Source: Nemertoderma westbladi (taxonomy: Eukaryota > Animalia > Xenacoelomorpha). From it: a stretch of 64,000 bases of DNA. The DNA is taken from positions 1-64,000 of the forward strand of contig JAUCBJ010002000.1 of the NCBI GenBank assembly GCA_032718475.1. Reading direction: 5' to 3'. Of the stretch, positions 1 through 12,359 are shown piece after piece (positions within the stretch are counted from its first letter, which is position 1; each line of letters begins with the position of its first letter). The notes beneath the pieces are model-generated. The model worked only from the letters and a program-made list of their open reading frames with translations. It ran no database searches and had not been told where the DNA came from. Made by a program: the position numbers and the translations under genes.

Positions 1-400
1 TGGAATATCTTTCAAATACCTCAGCTCATTGTATTTCTTATTTTATTAGTGTAACTATGAACTGGCAAATTTTGGGGCTATCACCAAAATTTGCATTCCC
101 TGCCGAAAAATACATAGTTTAAGATATCTAGTGCCATTTTTATTTAATCCATCGGATTCATCACCTACCCTTCGAATACCTGCATAAGGAAAGAAATAAG
201 ATGATACAATCTTTTTATCAATTTGCTAAATTATACAAATTTTGTTGCTGATAGGAAATTTTGCACCAATTGCCGAAAAATACAAGTTGTAAATTTTTAA
301 GTAATTGTAATTTATTCCATTGAATTCAAAACGATATAAAATTCAAATAACGCTGAAACTAGATGAACCATCAATTAATATATTTGATGGATTTTAAAAT
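1..400. mobile_element. Non-autonomous DNA-transposon-like repeat fragment (related copy at ~53760-54205)
   Basis: 'gaaaaatacaagtt...atttattccattgaattca' at ~275-330 recurs at ~53827-53881. Internal subrepeats, no coding capacity. Confidence 0.45.
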
Positions 401-411
401 TTGGTGGTAGC

Positions 412-481
412 AACAAGATTATGCACTGGCTGGTCCTCATGGCGAAAGCAATGTCCTGCAAAGTGGAGGCGACTTAGTGGG
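412..481 (-). mobile_element. Short fragment of RTE-like LINE family A
   Basis: Translates SRLHFAGHCFRHEDQPVHNLV, matching the copies at ~4990-5050 and ~27715-27775. Confidence 0.75.
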
Positions 482-502
482 GGATTTAGTGGAAGGTTAC
501 AT

Positions 503-1866
503 AGCGTTTCTGCAACTGTCGCGTTTCTGTAACAGTCGCAATTCGGCAAAAAAGTTGCGTTTCGGCAAAAAAATGCGTTTCTGCAAAAAAAGTCGCGATT
601 CGGCAAAAAGTCGTGATTCAGCAAAAGAAAGTTGCGTTTCGGCAAAAAGTTGCGTTTCGGCAACAGTCGCGATTCGACAAAAAAGTTGCGTTTTGGCAAA
701 AGATAAAAATAAATTCCTAGATGTGTTAGATCCGGGTTGAATTCAATAATTAAAATTGGAGTGGTCTTCATGACAATTATACAAGGTATTAAGTACCCAG
801 TACTAATATTATTTTATTTATTTGTGTGGAATTAATTTCGCACAACCAAATCACCGGGGCGACATATTTTCTAACTTTACATCGCAGTGCGACATTATAT
901 CTCAGTACTGTATGTCCCTTCGCCATATATTTTACTATGCATGTCCAGTATGTCACCGCGTCATTATTAAGTTGTTCTCGAAAGTTTAAGTGCATAACTA
1001 CAAATAATTCCCAACAAATAAATATAATTAGATTCGCCATTGTTCATAATTATTTTAACTTTTTATTGGGCACAGCTTTGCAAAGTCGGCAATGACATCT
1101 ACTGTAGGTGGAATCAAACTGGTGATCTCCGGGTTGGAAGTCTGACGCTCTAACCATTCAGAGGATCAGGTAATAGATAGACCTGCAAATACTATCTGAT
1201 ACCTTGTATGTCCGCAATTTACCTCCTTATGACCTCCCATCTGCCAATACCATCATCTGCTGCCACTGGGCTCAACCCTACTGTACTTGGCCGTCTTTAA
1301 CCACTTCCAATCACAACCTTCACAACCGCAAATTAAAGGGTTGTGTATATTAACCATGAACCATAATGGCCACAATGATTAATTATACACTCCAACTACT
1401 AATTTAGTTCATGTATTGTTATTATTGTTATATTTCTATAGCACATTAAAACACCCTGTGGTGCTGAAAATACTTTTCAACTCTTAAAATTCGATTTAAA
1501 AAGTTCAAAGCTGTTACCCTATTCTTTCTGGTAATTCGTTCCTAAAACTACAATGATAACATCACAGATGGCAGGGCAGTGCACGTATATTTAAATAAAA
1601 ACAAACCTAAGCAGTGAAACTAAATCAAATTTGTATTGTTATTGCAAAAGTGAATTCTCATGCAATAAAGAAATAATTTTTGCCGAAATGCACCCTTTTT
1701 GCCGAATCGCGACTTTGCCGAAACGCGACTTTTTGCCGAAACGCAACTTTTTTGCCGAATCGCACCTTTTTGCCAAAACGCGACTTTTTTTGCCGAAATG
1801 CATCTTTTTATGCCGAAACGCAACTTTTTTGCCAAAACGCGACTGTTGCCGAAACGCGACGACACC
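503..1866. mobile_element. Foldback/MITE-like element with arms built of ~18-19-bp subrepeats
   Basis: Left arm 503-700 is (gcgtttcggcaaaaaagt)n. Right arm 1680-1866 is its reverse complement (tttgccgaaacgcgact)n. The arm ends match in inverted orientation. Confidence 0.75.
1040..1410 (-). repeat. Dispersed repeat containing a degenerate tRNA-like (Pol III A/B box) module
   Basis: 1070-1160 and 1195-1220 match 2572-2692. 1233-1410 matches 12364-12520. Confidence 0.7.
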
Positions 1867-2514
1867 TAGTGGAAAGAGTGCCGGACTAGACCAAATACCA
1901 GTAGTCGAACATTTAGAACGGCTTGAGGTATTCGACCTTTGACCCCCGGATTATCCCGATTAATTATCCAGTGAAGAACTACTTTTCCCTCGAGAACCAA
2001 AGTAAGAACATTGGTGATTTCGGTTTGAAGTTAACATGAGTCATTCAATTCCTTTGGTGCTATACTGGTATTAATTTTATTTACCTTATTTTTTAGATCA
2101 CTTTATTATACCACAAGTTCTAAAAAAATTCCCACCCTTACTTAAAAATGTGTTGAATTTGCAATTTTTCTTTTATAACAAACTAACTACATGACATGGT
2201 TGTGAGTTAGTGCACTGGCCGAGTGTTGCAGCATAGCTGAAAACCTTAACCATATGTAAATGTAAGATACTGTCAGACAGTTAGAGTACGTGACTGTTCA
2301 TTCAGGTGTAGTACGAAACTGAAATCCTGTATATAGGCCTACATTACTCATGATAATGTTATTCTGGTTTTATGTCTGCAAGTTGTGCGGATGATCTAAC
2401 AAATGTTATGGGTGATAGATAAGGTTGTCATAGTACTTTAAATCATAAGGTTGTTATAGTACAAAGTTCTGAACAGCCTGAGCCAGCTGGTACACCATAG
2501 AACAGTCTTTATAA

Positions 2515-2692
2515 TTTATTATTGGTGTATTTGGTAAATGGCTTGTTTCATATTATTATAACCTTCGTTGAGCACAGCATTGTAAAGTTGGCAATGACGT
2601 CCAGGTAGGATCGAACTGGTGACCTCCGGGTTGGAAGTCTGACGCTCCAACCATTCAGCTAGCCATTCTGATACCTTGTATGCCCACAATTT
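2515..2692 (-). repeat. tRNA-derived (Gly-TCC-like) module with flanks
   Basis: Minus strand reads ggcTAGCTGAATGGttggagcgtcagacTTCCAAcccggaggtcaccaGTTCGATCCtacctgg: A box, CTTCCAA anticodon-like loop and B box. Stems are imperfect. Confidence 0.65.
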
Positions 2693-2699
2693 AGGTCCT

Positions 2700-2773
2700 C
2701 GGAGCGTCATACTTCTGACCTGGAGCTCACCACTCGTTCGATCCCACCTAGACGTTATTGCTGACATTGCAAT
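2700..2773 (+). repeat. Inverted, more diverged copy of the same tRNA-like module
   Basis: ggagcgtcatacttctgacctggagctcaccactcGTTCGATCCcacctagacgttattgctgacattgcaat aligns with the reverse complement of 2579-2648. Confidence 0.65.
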
Positions 2774-2936
2774 GAAAATTATAACTGTATAGCTTTTTAC
2801 GAAGTGGGATTGTAGGAAAGAGCGTGTTGGTAGGCTGCCTCATTGTTAATGTATGTAAATATTATTAAGTGAATATCCAATAGATTATATTTAAATTTAT
2901 TATATCTAAACATTATCAATCTACTTTATTACTAAC

Positions 2937-3322
2937 CTGTCTAAAGCTATCATTGAATACATTAGCATTGAAAACATTTCAAATATATAATTGAAAAACG
3001 ATAGAAGAGTGGTATATGGCATTTCTGCACCCCCATAAGGGTACTTCACGTTGTTATGTAGTGTCATTATACTGTTTAATGGTATCATCAATGCACAGAA
3101 GGTAAAGTCTGTGAAACCCAAGGTGATGATAAAGTAGTCGCCACGACAGCGGGTAGCTTTAAATAGGTAGACTGTTAGAAGGCAGAAGTTCCCAATGGTA
3201 CCGCTAATACAGAATATATAAGCCAGAACATATGCTGTATAATATGTGATAGTAATATGCAATGGTACTGTCGGTGTCATAAATACTCCTGAGTCCAATT
3301 CCATTGAAGAATTTGATGCCAT
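2937..3322 (-). CDS. Class A (rhodopsin-like) GPCR, first coding exon (N-terminus, TM1-TM3)
   Basis: MASNSS... carries an N-glycosylation sequon, TM1 'GN', TM2 'LGFTD' and TM3 'IALDR'. The frame meets the splice donor AG|GTTAGT inside the R codon (386 nt = 128 codons + 2). Downstream exons were not located. Confidence 0.85.
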
Positions 3323-4494
3323 TTTGTAAATATTGTAATTAAGAAACTCATGCAAATTATATTAGTTAACAATAGTGTTATTAACACAACTGTAATAAAA
3401 AAAAATAAATTATAATTTTTGGTAAACATAGGTAGGGTAGAGCCAATCGATGTTTTGGTGCAAAAACAATGATGGCCATTAAATGTAATATTGTTTTATC
3501 AGTAGTGGTATTAACTGTATTCATGGATGGATTCTCTACATCACCTTTCCTCTGTAAAAAAAATATAAAATACGCATGCCAGTATTCAAACGTTAAGTTA
3601 AGTATTCAAATGTTAAGTTTCTTTTAGCAGAAGATATATCATTACTAGAGGGCGCTGCAACGTATCTACTCATTACTTTATTAATATATGTTTTACAAAA
3701 TATCGCGCCCACGTTTTAATTATGTCGGAAATTAAAGAATAGCCTGTTTCGAAAACCAACACATTCTACAGCGAACAGGCTTCTTCACTTACATGAGGTT
3801 TATTAATTTCCTTATTTTGGAAAATAATTAAGCCGATTAATGAAGTCTGGTTCACAAACACTATATCCTTTGAAGTTATCTTACTTAGATGCATTGGATA
3901 AATATAAAACCAACTAGGCGTGAATTTAATAAATGAATTCGCATAAAGTTGAGAAAGTGCGTGGCAAACATGCTGTACATAGCATAACAAATTTTCAAAA
4001 AACTCTACTTCCCCTGGGTTGAGTGAGGATAACCTGTATTCAATCTATTTATTGTAAAAGATGGCCCAAAACAGTTCAAAGCAATTTTGAATGACATTTA
4101 AGCTTCAATCATATTACAACTAAGATTGAAATTAATTGGAATTTGATAATTTCAATCTTTTTACTTTACTTTGACCACTGGTATTCTGAAAGTTTCGTGG
4201 TTGTTAATAATTTATATATTTTTTGTAATGCTACTCGCTGTAGAATAAAAGAGTGAGGTATATCAATAGTGGTGGGAGCAAGAAAGAAACTGAGAAAGAA
4301 ACAATTAATTAACTTTTTTACGAAACAGAAAACTGTGATAGCTACCCAAATTTTAAAGAAGGCATTCATTCATGTTATGATGGAATCAAATTAATTACAT
4401 TCATTGCCAGATGTGCCCCCAGTAACAATGCCAAAGTAATCTTGAATCCGTCCAGTAACTTATAGATAAAATTAAAATTAAGTGTTACAAAAAT

Positions 4495-5273
4495 GATGCA
4501 GATGTTCTTTATGGAATTAAAGATTCAGATACCTTAAGGACTAAGATAATCAACTCCAAAAAGACCAAAATTTGACAGTTAACTTTGAAATTCCTCAGCA
4601 AGTCTCTGACCGGATGAGCATAAGCTCTAAGGATGGTATGCTTGAGCATGTGGATGACTTCTGTTACCTGGGATCATAGATCCGGAAGTCAGGTGAATTA
4701 AAATTCATAAGGGATGGGCAGCCTTGAATAGGCTTTCCAGGATTTGGAAGTCACAGAGAATTAATTGGAAACTTAAGGTCCGATTATTTAGAGCAGCATT
4801 AGTTCCAGTACTCCTCTTTGGGAGTACATGCTGGGCTCTAACTGCTGAGGACACCAAATCTCTGGATGGCACATTCACAAGAATGCTACGCCTGGTTCAT
4901 TGTATCAAGTACAATGCACACATCTCCAACCAGACACTATATAACATTGGAGATGTCTCATTGGTTCCCCCAAGCTTACACTAGAAAAATATCGCCTCTG
5001 CTTTGCAGGACATTTCTTTCGCCCTGAGGACCAGCCAGTGCATAATCTTGTGCTGTAGCAGCCTCATGGAGTGAATAAGCATGGTGGACAGCCCATGACT
5101 TTCCTGAGACGCATCTTAAAGGAAAGCCTTGAAAGCCAAGAAAAGCCTTGAAGATGCGGATGATCTAGCAGATGTCATGGGTGATAGGGAGTTGTGTCGG
5201 TGCAATTTTATCAACAAGACGGCACAGCATTCTTAAAAATGCACCTGCAATGCAGCATGCCGATCCTAGTAGT
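4495..5273 (+). mobile_element. RTE-like LINE family A, 3' part of the RT ORF (decayed) with (TAG)n tail
   Basis: Motifs DDFCYLGS, KVRLFRAALVPVLLFGSTCW, FTRMLR and RLxFAGH, with stops and frameshifts. Ends gccgatcctagtagt. Confidence 0.85.
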
Positions 5274-5411
5274 GGGATCATGGATCCGGAAGTCAGGTGA
5301 GGACCTTCGAATACGTAAGGGAAAAGCATAGGCAGACCTGGATAGGCTTTCCAGGATTTGGAAGTCACAGAGAATTAATCAGAAACTTAAGGTCTGATTA
5401 GATAGAGCAGC
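5274..5411 (+). mobile_element. Second partial copy of LINE family A directly after the tail
   Basis: Repeats 4670-4797 (gggatca..atccggaagtcaggtga...aggctttccaggatttggaagtcacagagaattaat). Confidence 0.75.
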
Positions 5412-5446
5412 AGCTATGCTTGGCAGCAGTCATCCACTATATAATT

Positions 5447-5670
5447 AATAAAATCGTACATGCAATTTTTTTCAATTTATTTTTTTTTAATTAACTTTTT
5501 TTTCTGAAGTTAAATTTAGCATAGCTAGCCTTTACTTTCTTGTAACTCCACTGGATTTTAATAAAATCTTACATGCAATTTTTATCAATTTATTTTTTTT
5601 TAATTAATTTTTTTCTTTGAAGTTAAATTTAGCATAGCTAGCCTTTACTTTCTTGTAACTCCACTGGATT
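5447..5670. repeat. Tandem duplication of a ~114-bp AT-rich unit
   Basis: aataaaatc..acatgcaatt...gtaactccactggatt occurs twice in tandem. Confidence 0.85.
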
Positions 5671-5779
5671 CAGTTAAGTTGAATAAAATAATAAGAGTAC
5701 TAGTATATACTGCTACTGCTAATAAATCTCAATAATAATTTATGAATTTGATTTGATTTGATTTTTTAAGTTTAACTAA

Positions 5780-8157
5780 TGGAACAAAACTCAAGCGTAA
5801 TCGATATCATGGGGAGCAATGTGAATAAATTTGAATCCATAAGTGAAGCGACCTACAACTTCGCCAGGGTGGCTAAATGGAAACATCATCGAGGCAGTGC
5901 TGAGTTCCCTTACAAAATCGCGGGAAGATGTTAAAGTGCTGAATAATTTTATTATTTATCACAAAACCCATCACAAACAAGGGAGAATTGTAACCACTTC
6001 TATCAATCTGGACGCAGAATTCATTATACAAGTGTTGCTTAGAAAACGTTCAAAGCAACTCAAACATGTGCCCAACTTATCCAAGTCCCAAGGTACACTT
6101 ACAACCATTGACTCAGAGCCATCGTCAGTTGAAAACTGGATGAAGCTTCTTGTCGTAGACCACTGCAACAGTGCTCACTGGCATCCAAGTGAATAGGAAC
6201 ATTTCTGCCTTCCACACCAGCTCCCCTTTCTCTCTCTTCTCGCGACATCTCTGCTCTAAATATACAGGTTCATTAAGTTCCATCCACTTGGAATGGGGAC
6301 CAAGAACGGCAGTGAAGCTTAAGCTAATGCCACTAGGACTGTTGTCTTAACAGACCATGGCAGTAGTTCAGTGCTGCTAAAAGTTGATTTTAGTAATGCT
6401 TTTAACACAAGCCACAGGGACTCCCTCCACAAGAAGATCCACGAGAACTACCCAAATATCTACAACTATACCAGGGCTGCTTATGGTGACTACAGTTTCC
6501 TCATCCATGGAGAGACACTGCTTCGCTCCAAAGAAAGCCCCCAACAGGGAGATCCTGAAGGCCGTGCCATTTTTGGGGACACTACAAACAAGCTAAACCA
6601 CTCCATGGAATCAGAATTCAATATCTGTTACCTCGATAATGGTAATGTGGTGGACAGTTATAAGGTTATCCTCCGAGACCTTCGGACAATCATCATGGAG
6701 GGGAAGAAGTGTGGGCTCACACTAAACACAAGGAAGTGCGAGCTTTTTTTTCCTTGGGGATCCATCCACAGAAGAGTGCGCCCACTTCTACTGTGGATTC
6801 AACACCATATGTGAGGGAATTTTGGTCCTGGACCTCACAAACCTCACCATGCTGGGTGCCACGATAGATAATTCAGCCTTGGAATGCTGTCTGGAGTCCA
6901 AGGTGGCCAACCTGCAAAACCTGAGCGGCCGCCTGGCTTTAGACAGTCACCATGCCTTCTTCCTCCTAAAGAACTCCTTCACCATCCCCTGCTTCATTTA
7001 CTTTCTCCACTCTGCTCCGTACTTTGACTTCCCATTAGTCTTGGAGCAATAAGACCAGGTCCGGGGCACTGCCCTCCAGGGTAGAGCCCTGGACCAAGAT
7101 TACCAATTCAGCCTGGATCCAGGCTGGTCTCCTGGCCCGAGTGCCAGGCCAGGTCTTGGATTGAGCTCTGCTAAGCAGCTCACACCATCTGCCTATCTGG
7201 ATTCCTTCCACTCCCCTTACAGATACCACCCCACCGCTCCAGAAGACTTCCCATACTGTAGTGATCCGATCTCGCGCAAGGCCCTGAGTCTCTGTGACTC
7301 CTCCATCGCCCCTGATACCACCCACCAACCAACGGGAAGCAGAGTTCCTGGATGATGCCAATCCACCAGAAGAACCTCGCTCCTCTCTGGGAATCCGGAT
7401 CCCGAACTGACCTCGCCAGTTGAATGCCCTGCCCTGGAGGATCCAATCCCTGGCTGCTTGATTGACGTGGTCCCAATATCACCCTTGGGGCTTAAACTCA
7501 TTGACGCTCAGCTCTGCATTTCCGTGGCAACCTGCCTGGGATGCAAGGTGAACAAGGTGCACAGCTGCATCCGCTGTGGTAAACTAGTGAACCCCAATGG
7601 CCTCCATGGACTCTCCTGCCAGAAGAGCACTGGTCGCCATGCCCACCACAGCATGCTGAACGAAATTGTGTGGCGATCATTAACCATCTATGGAGTTCCG
7701 TCAGTGTTGGAGCCACCGGTTCTTTGCCGGAACAACGGGAAGCATGTGGATGGAGTAACCTTGGTTCCCTGGAGCCAAGGCTGGACCCTGGCCTGGGACC
7801 ATGATCGACCCGCTCGCTCCCAGCCACCTCCACACGAGCAAAACCAAAGGCAGCCACATAGCCGAGCAGCAGGAGGCCCATAAGATCTGTAAATACCAGG
7901 ATCTCATCAACTGGGGCCACCAGTTTACCACAGTCGCCTTCGAGGCGTTCGGCCGCCCCAGTCCAAAAACGGCTGAGTTTCTCCAGGAACTGGGAAAGAG
8001 GATCGCCTCACAGACGCCGGAACCCCGCCCCGCCGTTTTCTACTGCAGTGGATCCTCATCTCGATCCTAATTGGGAACACTGCATCCATACTGGGATCTG
8101 TCAACTCAGCATCCGAAGGACTATACGACATCCTATTCGCCATCCGACATCTGTAAC
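5780..8157 (+). mobile_element. CRE-type non-LTR retrotransposon (RT + CCHC + restriction-like endonuclease), decayed
   Basis: RT motifs KVDFSNAFN, QQGDP, YLDNG and LGA. C-terminal CIRCG...HGLSC, LEP, K(H)VDG.TL.PW, LAWD, DPLAPSH, K..KY and AFE. Many frameshifts and internal deletions. Confidence 0.85.
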
Positions 8158-8454
8158 TGGTGCCATCTTCTTCACTAAGAAGATTGTTTATTAATTAATA
8201 TGGAGGTTTTAGGTGGGTTAGGGCTGAAAGTTGATACAGCGAGACAAAGATGGTAGGATCACACGTTGGTAATTCAACAATACAACTATTAAAGAAATTC
8301 GGGTTGAATCCAATGGGTATATGAGCAGCGAATACATTCACTTCACATGAGTAGTGAACACATTCAATTCATATGAATAGCGTATATAATATAACAATAA
8401 TTAATATTTATTTAAAATATTAATTAAAAGTAAACGATAATTAATTAGAAAGTT

Positions 8455-8712
8455 ATTTCTGTAATTTTTTTCAATTAATTTTTTTCTGTAATATTTTTTT
8501 TTCAATAAATTTTTTCTTTGTAAATCTTTGTTTCTATATTAATTTTTTTTCAATAAATTTTTTTCTATAATAATTTTTTTCAATAAATTTTTTTCTTTGT
8601 AAATTTTTTTCTGTAATTTTTTTTTAAATAAATTTTTTTTCTTCGCAAATTTTTTTCTATAATAATTTTTTTTCAATATCTTTTCTGTATATTTTTTATT
8701 TAAATTTTTTTA
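8455..8712. repeat. T-rich low-complexity tandem repeat (caataaatttttttct-like units)
   Basis: About a dozen degenerate units are visible directly. Confidence 0.8.
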
Positions 8713-8922
8713 TCGTAATTGATTATCTTTGATGAGCAGCAGTTGGCCACCATAGTGAAGTAGTAAGTACAGTAAAGGATACTCAAAGGTAACAGCTGTG
8801 GGCTGGTAAGTCTGGTTCACTTGCGGGTGAATCTTTGTAACTCGTCCCTTGGGGTAAAAGTTTACAATTTTACCCAACTGTATGTGGATTGGTACGTTAT
8901 TAGAGTAACCGTTCAAGAGAGA

Positions 8923-9174
8923 TACTACTACTACTACTACTAGGATCGGCATGCTGCATTGCAGCTGCATTTTTAAGAATGCTGTGCCAGCTTGTCAACA
9001 AAATTGCGCCGCCACAACTCCCTATCACCCAAGAAAATTGCTAGATCATCCGCATCTTCAAGGCCAGTGTCCTTTAATATGCGTCTCAAGAAAGTCATGG
9101 GCTGTCCACCATGCTTATTCACTCCATGAGGCTGCCAAAGTACAAGATTATGCACTAGCTGGTCCTCACGGTGA
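8923..9174 (-). mobile_element. 5'-truncated LINE family A 3' end with (TAG)n tail
   Basis: HNLVLWQPHGVNKHGGQPMTFLRRILK...QHS*, with (tac)6 at 8923-8940. Confidence 0.85.
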
Positions 9175-10039
9175 TTATTTCACTGAAGATGTCCACTATG
9201 TGGATCGAAATATATTTGGTAGCGCTTATAAATTATTATTTATAATTAATTAACTATGAAAATCTATGTAATTAAGTAACATTAGAAACACTGAAAAATA
9301 GTAAATTTTAGCTAATTTGTCTCAATGTTCTAGAACATAAAAACCATAGCTAAACAATGTGAAAACGAAAAGTTTGTCTTCCATGTGTTGTAAATTATTG
9401 AACATTATATTTATAGTGATTATAGTGATACAAGATTATAGTGAAAAAATATTTTTAACACTATAAAAGAGTTCATTGAAAATGGTGACCCAAGCTGTAT
9501 ATACATACTAATGCCCAATTACGTTGCCCAATTTTTTCTCTCGACGGCCCTGATGCTGGGCACTTGGTTTAACAACACCCAAATATATGCAAACACCTCC
9601 ACACAGTTCTGGAACGCCCAAAAATTCCAATCATCTTGTCTTTGTTTTAATAAATGGGACTACAGTGCTCCTTTGCTTTATAACTCATTTCTAAATGCAA
9701 GAACATAAGTATCAGAAGTCTTCTACATGGCCAACCAGCCCATCACTTCTACATGGCCAACCGGACCCACTGGCAGTCAATGATTTACAAAGATATAAAA
9801 TTATACCAATATTGATTTGGATGATACCCGTTATAGACAGCTGGGTAGACTATGTGTACAAAGCTCTGGTAGGACACTACACTACAAAGCTGTGATAGGA
9901 AGCTTCAACAATACAAATCAGTGGAAAAAGAACTCAATGTAAAGGTGCATCAAAGTATTGTGATGAAAGGAAACTTAATAGTGATACCAGAATTACTACT
10001 AACAAAGGAAGGTTTAGAAGAAATGCAAGGATATTAACA

Positions 10040-10385
10040 TAGAGACATAGACCAAGGCCTTGAAGACGTCTACAAAGTTTATGGGTAGATGCCTCCTATC
10101 TTCCCTTCGACATTTCTTCAATAAGCCACTACTGGCATTCTGGCACGAATGGAATCCAGTTTACTTCTAGTAACTCTTTGTGTTGTTCCATATTGATTCT
10201 TACTTATGAGCCTTTAATTTGCAGGGCGGGATATTAGTAGTAGCATTCATGGACCTTAAAAACAATGGCAGACCATCAACATCACAGGCTTTATTTGTTT
10301 TAATAGAAGATGCAGCAGTTTCTACTTCATAAAATTTAATATCGTCTGTGACTTTGAGCACTGTGGGAGATATATGATTCATAGC
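10040..10385 (-). mobile_element. Decayed LINE RT fragment
   Basis: EVETAASSIKTNKACDVDGLP resembles the pre-RT K..KAxGxDGxP motif of APE-type LINEs. Confidence 0.5.
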
Positions 10386-12002
10386 GCTCATATATATATA
10401 TGATCGATCATATATGTTTCATCAGAGAGTACTCAATCATTATTGAGCGGTTTGTTAAATTAATTAAAGTTATATTAAGTATTTGCCTAGTGAAGAATGG
10501 GTCGACATTTTATATACTTTAACCAATGGGCAGCTTTTTTAAACTATGTTTAAAGTTATTATCACTATAAGAAATTCCACTCTCAAATAGATAATATACA
10601 GTATAGACCTTCACCATTTCCCTGCAAAAGTCATAGTCGAAGCAGAGACTGCCTCACCATCAATAAATAACACATAAATAAATTTGATAATGGCAGGTAA
10701 TTAATAATTCACAATATAGAGAACACATACATTCGGTGTTTTTCATTTCTGATTCGTTGTATTCCTTCTGGTGTAATTGTTTCTGGTTTTACATAATTTA
10801 TACTATATTATCTTTGTTTTCAAGTAGATAATGGGTGCATAGAAATTTATTTTATTTTAGTTCAAAATGAAATTTTTTGGTCATACAGTTCGTTTCAACT
10901 CCACATCCCTATTTTAGTCTATTACTATCAGGACCTACCAGCCGATCTCGGTTTAGGAATACAGTAGAAAATGTATATTTGTTAAATATAAAATATAAAA
11001 TAGGTCTTTATTACAATTTTAGTTTCAATTTAATGAATCAACGAATTGAAGCAAGTGGCTTTCTTATCCATTCTTATTTGGCTTGTCGGCAGTAGAGCTC
11101 ACTTTCCTTGCCCAATCACTTTCGAGATTGAGATGGAGAGAGATAAGTTAAGATGTTGGAAATGAATATGTGATATGTCAGTAGGGGAAGACTATAAGAT
11201 ACAAGGTATAATCAAACCTAGGAGGGTTTCCATAAACGGATCAAATAGGGATGGATGCCATTCCATACAGTTTTAACTTACCTATAGATAAGCTTTAATA
11301 ATTTTCCTTGAATTTTAAATCTTCTATCTTTAATAAAGATATGGATTGAAACCATTATAATGTAGAAAAATGCGATTGCGAATTCGTAAAAATGATTATA
11401 CGATTCTGCAATTCATCAAACTATTTTCACTGTCAATTACGATCTTATATTTCATTCTTAAAAATTGCTTTTCTATCCCAATCATAGGGGAATTCAGAAT
11501 TTGCAGGATTTAAGAATGCCCTTTATTTCCCCACAAGAAACATATCTTATATATAGGAGGGTCATTCGACACAATAACAATTTATCACTCTCCAGGGGAA
11601 ATTCGATGCAAATAACAGCTGACTACTCCAAAATTTTAAACTTTGTTATTTATAAATGTTAATGGTGCGGTGTATTTTTCTATTTCTATATATTCGAGTT
11701 AATTAGTTAAGTTCAAACCATCAGTTCGAATCCTAAGGAAGATAGGTGTCAAAGTATTACACAACAAATTGCTAGTTTAATGCGAACTGTCAATTATATG
11801 AGGATGGGGATGGAGAAGATATGATCTCTTACCTTCCCAGGAAGAATGAGGCAGAAAATGAAACTATTAATCTTTTAGAGATGATTATTCCAGGAAATCT
11901 TCCAGATCCAGTTACAGATCCTACAATCCATCCTGCAAGTTCTAATATAGTAATTAAGGGAAGTCCGCCCATAGGGATACATAGATGAGGAGTGAATAGA
12001 CA

Positions 12003-12340
12003 ATATATTATTATTATTATTGACGTACATGGACATTCCAATATTATAGCAATGCACAGTACAGATAAAGACTAATATAAGATAGATATAGATATAATAG
12101 CACAATATAAGATAAATCATACAGTAGTGGCCTAAAATAATAATGGTAATATAGGAATACAGCCTAATACGTATAAAGCAGAATATAGTTGTAACAAATG
12201 GATACCGCCTAGTATGTAGAAACAAAGTTACGTATTGCACCCAATTCTTCATAAGTAAACCCGGGTACCTCAAGGTCACCACTTCTTAACACATTGCATA
12301 ATTCTCTACAAAGATGAATACGCCAACTAGAGTCAATAGG
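12003..12340 (-). mobile_element. L2/CR1-group LINE 3' end with (TAA)n tail
   Basis: C-terminus LCRELCNVLRSGDLEVPGFTYEEL parallels LCRELVDYNNGFLNIPGFSLVEL at 48735-48850. (tta)n at 12006-12021. Confidence 0.55.
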
Positions 12341-12359
12341 ATGAATTGCATAGTGCTTC

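Noticed and set aside
394-1942. ORFs rich in LPKRNF/CRNATF
   Set aside because: They are translations of the 18-19-bp foldback subrepeats.
2596-2666. Functional tRNA-Gly gene (also 53660-53736 and 58480-58546)
   Set aside because: Acceptor and anticodon stems do not pair properly, and the sequences sit inside dispersed repeats.
4166-4369. Hydrophobic ORF as an upstream part of the GPCR
   Set aside because: The GPCR exon already has its own Met and N-terminus, and there is no motif or splice support.
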